Assembly: GCA_028534125.1 (NCBI GenBank)
Contig: CM052851.1
Span: 17,422,001 to 17,486,000 of the forward strand
Direction: 5' to 3'
DNA from: Lama glama
Lineage: Eukaryota
DNA: 64,000 nucleotides
Shown: piece after piece, positions 12,391 to 25,620 of the stretch
How positions within the stretch are numbered: the first letter of the stretch is position 1
Layout of the letters: every line of letters starts with the position of its first letter
Position numbers and translations under genes: made by a program
The notes under the pieces: model-generated
Seen by the model: the letters and a program-made list of their open reading frames with translations, nothing else
Told to the model about the DNA's origin: nothing
The model's database searches: none

Positions 12391-13669
12391 TTATTTTTTG
12401 ACAATAGATCCCAGATCATTGCTAACCCCTAGCAATATAATGCAAATGTTCTAAATATTTGAGGCTGGTAACATTAGTTAATTTCTAACAGGAAATGTGC
12501 ACTGTGTAAATAACTGTGTGGTATGGTTACACTCAATTCATTATATGGCCCACATTTCAAAAACCCTGACTCATTGTCCCTGTAATTAATTTTAAAACTG
12601 CTGGACTCCAATCTGAAATTTTCTCCTAAAAACAGGAAAATACCAGAATTGGATGAAGTGACAGTACCCGGGAATAAAATTCTTATTCCCTGTGTCATTT
12701 AATCTCTCAGACCCTCAAAATTATCATCTGAAAAAGGAGCCTAAGCTACACTTTCTTTCTGTGTCAACAAATCAAATGAGTACTATGAATAAAAAAGACA
12801 GATAGGTCTCTAAATTGTTATTCTGGTATAACCCATGATTCACATTGGTTTTTAAATCTACCGTGAATCTTTTTACTTTCTGCAAAAGAATGGGCATCAT
12901 GCAAACTGAATATTTCTCTCATGCTTGTCAGTCTGTTACGAGTTTTTTTCATATTATATTGATGTGGGGCATGGGCTTGAAGGATCTGGATTTATTTTTG
13001 AACTCTTGTCAGCACTCCATAATTAACGTTGCCCAGAAGAGAAATGCTATTTTGCCTCCTGCATCATCAACACAACTGTCAGCAAATAAGGAAGGCTTCG
13101 TCTTTACCATTATTACTGCTAATGTAAGAAGCAGAGAAGAACACCTGGATGTTCACACCCTGGGCTGTTAGAAGCCCTGGAATTTAGCGAAATCTGTTTG
13201 CAATATCTACCTACCTCATGTTGCTTTAAGAATGTATTTAAAGGGAAAAATACCATTTTTATCCCAAAGACTATTTTTAAACTCCTAATTTGGGATATTT
13301 ACAGATATCAACGTTGTTTATCTCAATGTTATTTTTCCTCCTTGACACAAAAATGCAAAGTTAAACGTTGATTTCCTGGTGGCTGTTTTACCTCTGCTTG
13401 TACTGCTCTGCGTTCTCTGTGTCCTAAATTCCCTGTTATGTTTCAGTTTCTCTCTGCTCTCCAATTTTGCTTAAATTTATAATGGCAATGAGTGGAAATA
13501 ATCTTTTAAAATGAAGAATCGCAAGGGCGAAATCTTGCTACAGAAAAGGGCAATGCTCTAGCATAGACATTTGCTCTTTATAAAGGCAGAACAACCTCCA
13601 CAGTCACAGTGTGCCAAAATTAGTCAGTCTGTATGGTAATTTTGTTAAATCGGTTTTTTTTATTGCTGC

Positions 13670-14270
13670 ATATATGGTGGGATTGTGAAATCGTGCACCC
13701 ACTTTGTAAAGCAGTTTGGCAGTCCCTCAGAAATGTTAAACATAGTTACCATATGATCTAGAAATTCTGCTCGTAGGTGTATACCTAAGGGAGTTAAACA
13801 TATTTCTACACAAAAATGTGTACATGAATGCTCATGGCAGCATTATTCATAATAATCTAAAAGTAGAAATAACCCACATGTCTACAACTGATGAATGGGT
13901 AAATGAAATATGGCGCATCATTAAATGGAACATTATTTGGCCACTGAAAAGGAATGAAGTGCTGATACATGCTATAGCATGGGTGAACTGTGAAAACACA
14001 CGGACAATAAGAAAAGATAAATACAAAGGGCCACATGCCATATCATTCCTTTTATATGAAGTGTCCAAACTGGGCTGGAGGCGAAGGAGACTGAGGAGTG
14101 ATTGGAAATGGGCGTGGCATTATCTTCTGAAGTGATGAAATGTTCTTAAAATTAGAGGTCGGTGATCATTGCACAAGTCTGTGAATATGCTTAAAACCAC
14201 TAAATTATGTACTTTTAAAGGTGACCTCTTGGTATGTGAATTATATCTCAGAAAATCTCATATAAAAGGT
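13670..14270 (+). mobile_element. L1MB/MC-type 3' end (ORF2 tail plus 3' UTR)
   Basis: agcagtttggcag...ttaccatatgatctag...gcagcattattcataata...aaaggaatgaagtgctgatacatgcta...gtatgtgaattatatctca. ORF 13818-14135 is a decayed piece of this region. Confidence 0.9.
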
Positions 14271-16399
14271 AACATATATTCACTGATAAAAAAGAGAAAT
14301 TGTGCATGGTGGAAATAAATGGGGAAATCAGGACTAAACAATTGATCATCACAAGCTTTTCATGTATAATATTTTTCATGAACGTTCCCCTTTTTTTAAT
14401 GACTTTGGAATGCCTTTTACCTAAAGGAACCAGAATTTACTTTTAGTATTTCTTTGTTTCAAGTGTAGGTGATTGCCAACTATTCGCTAGTTATTTTTTT
14501 CTCTTCTTTTGAGAACCAGGCAAGGTGTCTGTGGTCACCGACACACGCTTGGTATAGTGGTCAGCCTTCTAGGGCCTGGACATATACTCCAGGAAAGAAC
14601 TAGCAACTGGCAGCCTAGTGACCCCAGAGGCTCTCGTTCTCTCACCCGAGTCACTGCTGTCACTGCAGCTCACTTCAGGAACAGACGCAATGACACAGCA
14701 TATGAAGATGTCCTTCATATGCTCCTTATTTGGGGGAAAATGTGGATGTGCATTTTTTTTTTTCTCATTGGAAATAGATTTCAAGGCTTCACCTCGCTAC
14801 ACATAGCAGGCAGGTAATTCACAGACTTGTCATTCACAAACACTGATAGTCTAGGATGGAGAATAGGACAACAGATCAATTGAAAAGCTTCATGTGTCTT
14901 CTCACTAATGCAAGATTTAGTGCATTTAAGGATATTATAACAAGACCAAATCAAATTTACAGCAGAATGAACAAATGTGAATAACAAATGGAGGTCAGGA
15001 TGTGCTTTCAGAGCTCCATGTTGCACCCGTTAGATCTGCGGGGAAGGGACTTAATGCAAGTTGATGTGTGGATTACTCCAGTTTTAAAAGAATGTAATTC
15101 AGTTTACATCTGGTTTCATTAAGGCTGTTGAGATACCACTTGAGGAATTCAAAGAGAAGAGAAATGTGAGGTGCACATTTGTGAGTGTGTGAGTGTGTGT
15201 TTACAGAAGTGTGTATCAATCCTGCACTTTGTTATAATGTGTGAATCTATTAACTCTTTAATGTGCAAAGTCTGCTATGATTTCTTCTTGTATAACTGAG
15301 AGCTGGCAGCTTTGCCACGCAAAGAAGTCATGTGATCTCTCCCACTAGACCTTTTCAGTGTGACACATTCACTGTGTGGTTGACAGGATTCCGAGAGTAG
15401 ACAGAGACTTACGGGCATGTGACCTGTTTGTTAAACTAAATTAAAATGAATGTGTTAACACTTCATCAGTTTTCATCTCTTCAGCCTCACAGCTGTTTAT
15501 AAAAGGAAGATGTTTGTGTGAGAAAAAGTCTACATAATTTTACATAAAATAAACAAACATTATCATAGTACTTGATATGCCACCAAATCATTTCATGGAC
15601 TAATGAACATGTATCTGGTTATAATCTTATGGGAATGTTTATATTGTATAGTTTACAGTTTGTAGAAACTGGGAATCAAAGTGATTTTAACTTTTTAATA
15701 ATTAAAGTATAGAAGCAAGAGCTGAAGGAACTAAGAAAATCAAATCAAATCACAATTATGAAGCCCCTATTCTATCACTATTTGAGAAGATTCTAAATGT
15801 CAATATATTTAATTCTTCAGAAATCATAGGAGGTGGACTTTATTATCTCCATTTCACAAAGAAACGTGAAGTTTCCAGGTCACATGCCTAGGTCTCAGCA
15901 GATTTTCAATTCAGTGCAACAGGTTTCAGAGCTTACATTTTTACTTTGGGCAACATATTCTAAATACCATCATGATGCTGGGGAGATAGTCTGCTTTAGC
16001 TTTTGTTATGAAAATGGAATCATCACTGTCTTGCAGCCCTTGATTAATCTCTTAATACTGTAGCCACCCTCATGTTTGATTTGCCACATGTGTTTTCAAA
16101 AAGGTTACAACTCATTATTTGGTCAGGGCACTGGGAAAGCCCAAGATCAAAAGTAATCTTGATTCAAACAAAAACATGCTGTGGAAAGGAAGGCTGGGTT
16201 TCCTTCACATACTCAGTATTGTTCCCAGTGCAGGACCAATTATAACTCTCCCTGATCCTGCACCTGCCACACACACACACATTGTCTATTCTATAAACTG
16301 TCTATTACACTTATTTAAATCTAAACACTGTATGATGTGACATAACAGAAAACATTCTATATACTATATATATACATCGTATACTTAGAAATGCAAGTG

Positions 16400-16575
16400 C
16401 AAGATAGTAGGCAAAGTTCTCGAATCAGACAGCTAGGGTTTTAATTCTGATTGCATGACCTTAACATTCCTAAGAAAAATAAGAGTGGTAATAATTGTTT
16501 CTACCTTTGTTATTAGATTAAATGAGATTATATATGCCAAGTTTCAAGTAATCCATCAGTGTTATTATTAGCAAT
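16400..16575 (+). mobile_element. MIR SINE
   Basis: gaatcagacagctagggttttaattctg...agattaaatgagattatatatg. Confidence 0.65.
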
Positions 16576-17409
16576 AGTCACAAGAAATCAGGTTTGAAGA
16601 ACCCAAAGGGTCTATTCCCATTTATCTTCTCTCTGAAACGCGAAGATCCTAGGTTTTGGAGCAAGGGATTCAGCAGTGTATCCTCACAAAGCCTAAATTG
16701 GCTACATTTTACATATCAAAGTGGTGGGACTTGGGGCAATCAAAGGGCATATGAAAATAGCAGAGTAATTCTTAAACTGTGGTTAAGGTCACCATAGAGA
16801 TGCTGGAAAAGCTCTGAGCAAACTTCTAGCTATTGGAGGTGATTTTTGAGTTCTGTGAGGATGTTGCTAGTGCCCTAACAGAGAATGAAGACAGCCCTTT
16901 TTAGGTCACTCCTGTTCTGTTGGAATATTAGATTTTTTTGTCATTAATTTTTAGAATCCGCAAACACAACTTGCTGAAAATTGTCAGAAGACATCAAACA
17001 AATGTGTTTTGAGTTGAAGCTGCCCTATGTTTCTCAGCTTTTTCTGAAACTCTGAGCAGTTCAGTTTGGCATTTCAATCTGTCTCCTCTTACGTTTATAT
17101 TGGAAAAAAAGCAAACCTGGTAGAAATGTTGATTCCGAGCCTGGAGAATGGTTAAAAGATAAATCTTTTGTTCGCTTTCTTTTTGAGATGCTTCCTTCTT
17201 CTCATCTGAAGTGTGTGGGAAGCCTTGCCTGTCTAATCTTTAGCATTTTGATGAAATTGCCATAAAAAGCTTTTCTGTGTTTCGTGTGAATCTTTATCTT
17301 AATTGGAGGTTGAAAGGAGGTTAAAGGGGGCTGTCTTCCCGGGAATGTTTAAAGTATACCGCTCCGGCATAGAGACGCTGGCCAGCTAAGGCGGTTTCTT
17401 CTTAAATTG

Positions 17410-17630
17410 CTTAGTGGTTAAATGCGTAGCCTCAGAGCGAACCTGCCCGGTTTGAAATTTTGCCTTTGACATTTACTAGTTTAGCTTCTCTAAAACTCTG
17501 ATTACTCATCTGCAAAATGAAAGTAATAATAGCACGTGCTTCATAGAGTTGTCACGAACAGTAAGTTTGCTACTGCCTAGGGAACACGTAGAACACTGCG
17601 GGGTCCATGGCAAGCATCACTACATGTTCA
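17410..17630 (+). mobile_element. MIR SINE
   Basis: tagtggttaa...ctcatctgcaaaatgaaagtaataatagcac...tcatagagttgt. Confidence 0.8.
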
Positions 17631-17914
17631 GGATTCCTGAAGCTTATTTTAAGCTTCTTTTGCCAAACTCACTAAAGACGCACTAAAGTCTGTGAGAAAG
17701 GAAACTCGCCTCTAAACCACACTGGTCTGGGTTTGGATTGGGACTCCTTCACACAGGAGCTGAGTCATTTTAGGCCATGAGCACGAGTAGCCTTTGGTAA
17801 CTCATCTCTAAAACAGAGCAATGATAAGGTCCCCTTTGTATAGTCCTGTAAAGATTAAATGAGATGAACTTACACTGTCACTGTGAGTTGAAGCCACTGT
17901 TATTACCTTGCTTT

Positions 17915-18520
17915 CAGGGTTGCAGGAGCCTGTAATTGGTCTCACAGCCTCCATTCTTATCCACTTACAAGCCACTCATCATGCAACAGTCTAAATAATT
18001 TAAAATATAAATTAAATTGTGAGACTGTCCTGCTTAACAAATTTATTGGTTTTCTATCGTTTTGGGAATAAATGCCAGTCTTACCACCATGATGTATGTG
18101 TCCTTGCAATGATCTGTCCTTGCCTGAATTTCTAAGCTTATCTTGAACACTGCCTACTCCCTTGTTTAATGTATTCCAGTCACACTTGCCTTTCCTTATG
18201 ATCCTAGAACATTCCAAATTACTTCTACCCCAGGACCTTTGCACATGTTTATGGCCATCAAATTCTGGGCTCTACAAAAAGTTGGTGTTCGTGCATCTCT
18301 GCTGAAAGTCACCTCTTCAAAAAGTCCTTTTTACCATCTACTCTAAAGTAGGCAACCCTCCAGGATGACCTACATCATATTTCATTGCTTTAGTATGTGT
18401 TGTCATGCTTTATAATTATCTCTGTACTTATGTATCTGATGCTTGCAGGCAGAATCTTGTCTGCGTTGGTTGTCATTATATTCATAGTGCCTGGCACATA
18501 GTAATCCTCAATGTGTATCT
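17915..18520 (+). mobile_element. L2 (L2a/b-type) 3' region
   Basis: cccaggacctttgcacatg, gtcacctcttca, agtgcctggcacatagta. Confidence 0.85.
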
Positions 18521-18606
18521 CTGGAAGGGAAAGTGAGTGAAAGGTAAAAAGAATGACAGCATGATATGTGCTCGACATATTTGAGCGGGATTAAAGAAAA
18601 AATAAT

Positions 18607-18682
18607 CACATTGTACACCTTAAATATACATAAGTTTTATTTGTCAAATATTCCACAATAAGCTGGAAAAGTTTAAAAAAAG
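18607..18682 (+). mobile_element. Severely 5'-truncated L1 3' tip with TSD
   Basis: cacattgtacaccttaaatatacat...ttttatttgtcaa...caataagctggaaaa plus an A-tail. Flanking repeat aaagaaaaaataat (18593-18606) / aaagaaaaataat (18683-18695) at a tt|aaag site. Confidence 0.75.
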
Positions 18683-19564
18683 AAAGAAAAATAATAAAGA
18701 CGAAGATTTATATGGAATAGGCAAGTCTTACTAACAATTAGAGAATGCCGTTCATCAGAATCTGGACTCTGGAATGGACTTCTGGGAAGGAAAAATGGAG
18801 TAGACCTTTTAAAGCTGAGTCTGAGAGCTGTCTCTCAGGAGGAAATCAGTCTCTCTCTCTCTATCGAAGGGGTGTTGCTTGGCTGTCAATCTCTCGACTT
18901 GTCCATTAGGTAAGCACCAGGCTGGATGAAGGTTAGCCACTGTGCCAGGACTTTGGCACCATGCTACTTCTGCCACAATCACACCACACTTAAGACATTG
19001 AGTGTTCAAAGCAGGATGTGGTACCCAGTTAGGTCTCCACGGGCTTCAGCAGGCTAGTTGGTCAAGTCAGGATTTGGCAGGGCCATCTCTGCTTTATAGT
19101 CTCCATCATTTCCTCTTTTACTGAGCAGCAAAGTGTCTGCATGGATAATCTTATTTCTTTGCAGTCTGCATCATGGCACTTCTATTTCTAGAAGACCAGG
19201 ATAATACTTTCTCTCCAAATCTGTTCTTGAAGACTCTTGTCTCACTGAAATTTCTTTTCCTGTCTCCACCAGCTGGACACTCAAAAAACATTATCTCAAG
19301 AGGACCTATTTTAGTTTTGCTATCCATCATCTGGAGAAAAAAAATGTGAATATTCTGGTCTAACAATTGTGTGTGGCTGCTTCAGAGAGAGAGAGCATGC
19401 CTGGTGCAATGCCTCCTGTTTCTCACAAATGTCACCTGTGAGTGACTTCTCCGGAAGTCACCCTCCCACAGGCTGCCTGAGGGGGCAGGCATTTGGGGCT
19501 GTGAAGGTAGCGTGTACGCATATATTGTCAGCAATACCAATGCTGATACTCAGTTTTCATGGCT

Positions 19565-19748
19565 GACCTTATTCTGGGTACCATTCTCACAGCCTCCCAT
19601 ATTTAGTTCACTTACCCTCACATTCACCTGATGAAAAAACTGAGGCACAGAGAGGTCGATGGCAGTGTCCAAGGTGACCCAGGAAGCTGCACAGCGGAGA
19701 TGGTAACCAGATGATCTGGCTTCAGGTGGTTTGCTCCTAACCACTGCA
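19565..19748 (-). mobile_element. MIR SINE
   Basis: gatgaaaaaactgaggcacagagaggtcgatggcagtgtccaaggtgacccag. Confidence 0.85.
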
Positions 19749-20479
19749 GGCTGCACACTTGACGGTGGTAGTCTCACAGCGTCTGTGTTTCTAACCTGGG
19801 TCCGTGGGATGCAGGGTCTGTCACACTTATCAAAAGCAAAGTTTACAACTGTATTTTTAAAATGTTAATCATCTAAGAATAATAGTCTCTGAAAAAAAAA
19901 TTGCTTCCTATTTGCTTCCAAGCAAAATTTCAGGCAAATTACAATTCGACATCTAAAGCTGTCCAGTGTTTGAATCCTTGTTACCAAAGCAACTGCCTTT
20001 TCCTCAGCATCTTAGATGACATTTGCGAAACTAAAAGATTTATATTGACTGTATTCTAGAATTCCTGTGGGGTTTTCAGGTATATGGGATCCTCAGAATG
20101 GCAGATACATAGAGTGAACCACCCAGCCTGTCGGTCCGATTGTCTGTCTGTATCTCATTCTCAAGATGACAAGAGCAACGAAAGATAAAACAGTAGAAGG
20201 GCTGAGTTTAAGGACTCCCTGAAGAAAGGAGGCCTTACGTGATGAGTACAGTCCAAGAAACTGATAAAAGTAGTCTATTTTCAAAGCAAGAGTTTCTGAT
20301 AACTTAGAATCAAAGTTATATAATCTCATACCCTTTTGATACGTTATCAGTTATGTGTGCACGTGTGTATATAGTATGAGTCTCTGAGAGGCTCAGTTTA
20401 TTATTAAATAGCCATTTGGGAGGAAATCATCTTTATGCCACAGAGTTTCCATTTCAAAGAATATTGGAGACAACAACAT

Positions 20480-20670
20480 TTCTATCCCAATTCTGCTAGT
20501 TACAAGCTGAAGTCGATTAAGGAAGGCACTGAACCTCAGTGGTCTTGTATCTGAAATGGGAAGAGAAGAGCTCTACTTTAGGGCTCTTTTGAGGATTCAT
20601 TAAAAAATGCATGGAAAGTGCTTTTCAGTGCCAGGCCTGATACATAGACACTCAGCAAATGGCATTTAGT
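20480..20670 (+). mobile_element. MIR SINE
   Basis: cctcagtggtcttgtatctgaaatggg...gtgccaggcctgatacatagacactcagcaaatg. Confidence 0.7.
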
Positions 20671-20874
20671 AAAAGGGAGTCACTATGCAGATAAAACAAA
20701 ATCCTTAGTTTCAGGCTGATGGTTTAACTTGAGAGAGGCCAGCAGAACTAAGTCCCTAATTAACAGGGGAGCTAGTACTCACCCTGTATAGATGGACTAT
20801 GAAGAGATGGTGGGAATTCCAAATAATTCCCTACAGTGCTCCTCACTGGTACTCTGTGTGTCAAACAGAAAGCA

Positions 20875-20900
20875 ACACACACACACACACACACACACAC
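20875..20900 (+). repeat. (AC)13 microsatellite
   Basis: Read directly from the sequence. Confidence 0.97.
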
Positions 20901-21218
20901 GCAAATTCGGTATCAGCAGAAGACCAGTTCTATTTTATTTTATCCCTGAACTCAGCGTTTTGGGCCTTTTCATCAATTCATTCGTGGTGACTTGATTCAG
21001 TTAGGTAGGAAATAGAGAAAGAATGGAACATTGGACGCTGTCCATTCAGAGAAGAGTCAGGGTGCCCAAGAGGACATCAACAAATTCTGGAGGGGGCCCA
21101 GGATGATGGGGTACCAAGTGTGGAGCAGAAAGCCTCCTGGGAGGACACAGTATCCTATAGCTAATTTTTTTCCCCCACTTTGCTCTAAAAATTATACTAC
21201 AGTTGCTGGAGTTGAGGA

Positions 21219-21257
21219 GTGTGTGTGTGTGTGTGTGTGTGTGTGCGCACGCGCGTA
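21219..21257 (+). repeat. (GT)13 microsatellite extended by gcgcacgcgcgta (39-bp alternating purine-pyrimidine tract)
   Basis: Read directly from the sequence. Confidence 0.97.
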
Positions 21258-21814
21258 GGTGGAGCAACCAAAAGCATCCTGGGTGCTTGAAGAAACTCAA
21301 TTTAGAATCAAAACACCCCAAATGTACAAAAGCAAAGAAAACCAGCATGGCTAATTTTTGTAAAAACAATTCTGAATAATTAACATTTTTCAAGAAAATT
21401 TATCCATGCTAACATCTTAAAAAAAAAAAGCAATGTATGATCTCCTTCTGAGATGTTTATCAATTTGTAAAATGGAAAAGTTGTCAGTTAGCATACCAGA
21501 GAAAGAACTTCAGGTCTTTGAATTTGTAAATTGGAAGATATTTGTAGGGGGTGAGGAATATTCACAGATTCTCAGCAAGAGACAATTCATTCTAAATCAG
21601 AAAACAAAACAAAACAAAAAATAGCTTGGATATCATCTTCAAAAGTATAGTTTATCATTTTATTCTAAAGAACCTCTTCTAATAATTGACTTTTCCCGGG
21701 AAATAAATACATTTTCCTCCCACAGAAGTGAACTTAGCGTTCTCAGAAATGAAGGTTTTGAAAACCTTGTAAATGGGTATTTTTTTTTCAGGATCTAAAG
21801 AGTTAAGCCTGGAG

Positions 21815-21833
21815 CCGCCACTAGGTGTCAGGT
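21815..21833 (+). promoter_or_regulatory. Candidate CTCF binding site
   Basis: CCGCCACTAGGTGTCAGGT. The core CCACTAGGTGTCAG (21818-21831) matches CCASYAGRKGGCRS at 13 of 14 positions and lies in non-repetitive sequence. Confidence 0.6.
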
Positions 21834-23789
21834 TGGGATCGCTTTTGGAAACACAAGCTCCCTCACTGGTTCCAAACAAGAAGAGGCTCCTTCTAGGTTA
21901 ATTTCAGCTACTGTTCAGTTTCTTTAAATAGAGATTCTTACTCTGCACATGTCAAATCTTCAGAATCCTTTGCTTTGTCTTACAGGTATTTACAGCCATT
22001 TAAACTTTTCACCCCACCACGCAGGCCTAGCAGGGAGCAGATTTTGAACTATTGAAGGTTTGACTTCATGGGTCCATGTTGCAGAGAGAGAAGGCTCTCT
22101 TAGCCTTGAAACCACCAAATCTCCTTTAGTTCCCCCATCCTAGGATACCTGAAATTAACATTCAAGCTGACAAACAATCTTGCTCTTACTATAAAAACTG
22201 CAGCAGGGAGGCAATTGATTGCTACCCCTAGATAAGTTCCATACATGGAAATTCTGGGGCTCCTGCTGGCTTTCTTCATCACACCTCCTCATCTCCCTCT
22301 CTCTGTGCATCTCTTTCCCAGCTCAGGTCTTCAGCATTCTTCTCCTTGGGTCATTCAGTTAACTTAGAAAAAATTTCACCAATAAAATGGTCCAAACTGG
22401 ATTGTTAATCTTTCAACAGTTTGCCAATTCCAGGAACTCTGTGTTTCAAAAGAAGATAGTTTAGGAAGGCTATGTTTTGACCACGTAGGATGGCAATTTA
22501 GCACAAGTAAACTAGGTGATGACGGAGGAGGAAGGATTGTTTGAAGCCCAGGGGGTGGTTTCCACATTACTCTGATTTGGAAATATTTCACATGGCTCCC
22601 TATCCTGCTCTGTCACTAGGCATGCACAGGTATTTAGTCACAGTTGTTAATACAACCTGAAGCCTTTTTTTTTTTTTTTTTTGGAATTGGATAGGTTAAC
22701 GCTACCTGAAACAAAAAAGTAAAATAACAAAAGGAAATTATGCCAAAAAACCCCCTGTTTCTGGAGGAGAACAAGTCTCTGTCTGAACTTATAAAAGAAA
22801 AGCCATAAGAAAAATGCAGAACCAGATAAAACCCTAGAGGAGTCACATTGCAGCAAAGCAGGCACACATTGCCAGGATCTGAACACCTGTAGAGAGCCTC
22901 ATTCTACTGTGAAGGGACTGTCTTTTCCCTTCCTGGAAAATTTCCGATTTTTAATACATTTCTGAGTAATCCTTTCATACATTCCTTCCTTCAAAATTTA
23001 TTTAGAATACCTTCCAATAGTCATCATTATTCTAGGAACTCAAGACATGACACTAAACAAGATGGGGATTGACAGTGTCCCACCTCTGTGAAGCTTACAT
23101 TCCAATCGGCGAAGCAGGCATCAAAGAACTGAGAAAAATATATAACTTACTTCAGGAATGAGAAGTCTATGAGGAGAGTCAAGCAGGATTAAGAGCTGGA
23201 GATTCACAAGACAACAGGGCTTTTCATATAAGCTTTTATAGAAGTAAATGGGATGGAAACAAGCCAGAAGGTTTAGGCTCGTTGGCTGTATAATCATGAG
23301 CAAGTCCCAGAAGCTTGGTTTACTCATCTTTAAAATGGGAATGGTGCTGAGGGATTTCTGTGAACTCTGGAAAGACCTCCGAGCAGGAGTTTCAATTTTA
23401 AGGAGCCAGACATGAGATCTATGAAAACACTTTGCAGAGAGAAAGTCCAGCATGTGGAACTGTCTCAGCCAGGAATCATGGGAAAGCCAGCATGGCTGGA
23501 GTTTCATAAGCGAAGGGTGGAGACGAGGGGAGGTGAGTTCACTGAGAGATTATAAAAAATTGTAGAAAATGCTCCCAGTGAACATTTCTAGCACAGATCA
23601 CAGCCCATGTGACTGTTCAACAAACCTATCCAAACAGTCCCCATTGTACCTGGAGTCAAATTCAAATCCCTTACCAACTCCTTGCCACAGAGCCCTATGG
23701 ATCTTTGCCTCCTAAGGTCAAGTCGTACAAATGGAGGTGCCCAGAATGTTCCGTTGAGTGAGCGTGTCAGTCTGTCCAGAAGAGGAATC

Positions 23790-24270
23790 ACATGATGGCA
23801 AACTCTGCGAGCTGCCGTTCAGCCTTTCCCAGCGCCTCCATTCCTGTTGGCAGAGCCAGCGTCCCACTATGGGGTTGCAGCCCCCTGGGTCCCCAACTGC
23901 GGCACCTTGGCGGGTCACCCAGTTCTGGCCAATAAGACAGGAGAGAATATATGAGAGCATTTTTCTTTCCTGCTAAAGAGACACGCAAGGCCTGCCAACC
24001 CCTTCCTGCTTTTGAGCACTGAAATGTGTGGTTGAGGCTCTGGGAGCTGCTGCAGCCGTTTTCCATCAAGGGGAAAACCATCCAAAGCTGAGGATAGTGG
24101 GAAGATGGAAAAACCCCTAGGTTTTTGGAGATATGATGTAACCATTGAATAAACTAGGGAATAATCATCTCTTGATTTACTGTTTTAGAAATTACTAAGT
24201 GCCTTACTATTCAAATCTTTTTTCTTTTTAAATTCTCATAGTTTTACAGAATGTATGGTAGCTGATAAAG
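23790..24270 (+). mobile_element. ERVL solo LTR, LTR33-like, inserted in an L2 relic
   Basis: cacccagttctggccaataagac, tttttctttcctgctaaagag and ggagctgctgcagccgttt motifs; L2-like sequence on both sides. Confidence 0.7.
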
Positions 24271-25469
24271 TTGTCCTTTTTATTGCTATGTAGTCGGTGC
24301 CGTGCAAGGACATCAAACCACACTTAGTAAACATTTGTTTGTTAAGCGAATTTATCAAGATGTAATTCTTCAATAAACAAAGGCATTCATATCTTACACT
24401 TTTAGAGAAATTTTAACCCAAGAAGGGAATAACTAGAACAGTAGTCAGGACACCTGAGCTCTAGATTTTACTCAGTACTGAGCTAATTAAGAGTGGAGGG
24501 CACATGGGGGGTCCCAGGAGACTGGCTTCTACTCTTTGATATGCGTGTGAAGTTTGAACTACATGTTTGTCTCCCTATTATATCTCTGGGACTTTTACTG
24601 CATCAAGTCACCCTCCTCACCAATATCTCAGCAGCTGGAGCACCTGGAATAAAAAAAAAAAAAAACTCTGAAAACAGACTCTTTCCCATAGGCCAAAGTT
24701 GGCCATATTTTTTACTTCCCGTGACTCCCCTCCACATCTTGTTTAAAATGCTCTTTTCAGAAAGGCTCACCTTGCCCGGAAGAGGTTCACGTCCCTTCTC
24801 TGTTTGGATTCCAGTTTGTAATTAGATTCTGAAATGCTTGTATGACTTTCTCTTTGAAGCAAATGCTTCACTTTACATTCAAAATGTGTTTATTGACATT
24901 TTCTAAATCCTGAAAATGTTGATGTTGATAACAGATATTTAAATAGTTTCTTATTTTTTACTTCCTGAAAAATTAAAAAGATTACTATCAATTATACCTG
25001 GGTAACTGTTATATAAAAATATTTTTAACCTGAATAACTGTCATAATTATTCATAGTAATATAGATTTCCATCATAATACTATTTTTTAAATGGAGGAAG
25101 TTAATAAAGAATCTTAGAATGAAGTATAGTACATGAGTATATTTCATGTTAGGAATCGGATAGCAGCTGAGGCATATACAATGGAAGAATAATATAAATT
25201 TCATTATTCAAACATCTATGGAACCATCCATTGCCAAAATTGTTTACTAGTCTTTTGTTACTTTTGTCATGGATTCTCATAAATGACTTATAACATACTT
25301 AAAAATAATGAGCATTTTAAATACCACCCAACTTTTTTTCGCAGAAAGTTTCTACCCCTATCTTTCTCAGGTAGGAAATAAAAAAGAGAATGATCTTGAG
25401 CTCAAGATGCTTGGTGATGATGACAGCAACAGAGGTAATGGCAGTGATGGTGGAGGTTGTGGTGAATTT

Positions 25470-25620
25470 TATTATTATTGATACCAGTTCTCATTTATTG
25501 AGCACTTACTATATGCCAACATTGTAGTGAGCTGTTTACTGGTCATACATCACTGTTATTCCATGAATTAGGTAATATTATTCTCATCTTATCCAAAACT
25601 GACACCTGGAATGACTAATG
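25470..25620 (-). mobile_element. MIR SINE
   Basis: catttattgagcacttactatatgccaa...ggtaatattattctcatctta. Confidence 0.75.

Noticed and set aside
25370-25435. Possible plus-strand exon (ctttctcag ... ag|gtaatg; VGNKKENDLELKMLGDDDSNR)
   Set aside because: It runs into a low-complexity GAT/GGT tract adjoining a MIR tail, and there is no recognisable protein or partner exon.
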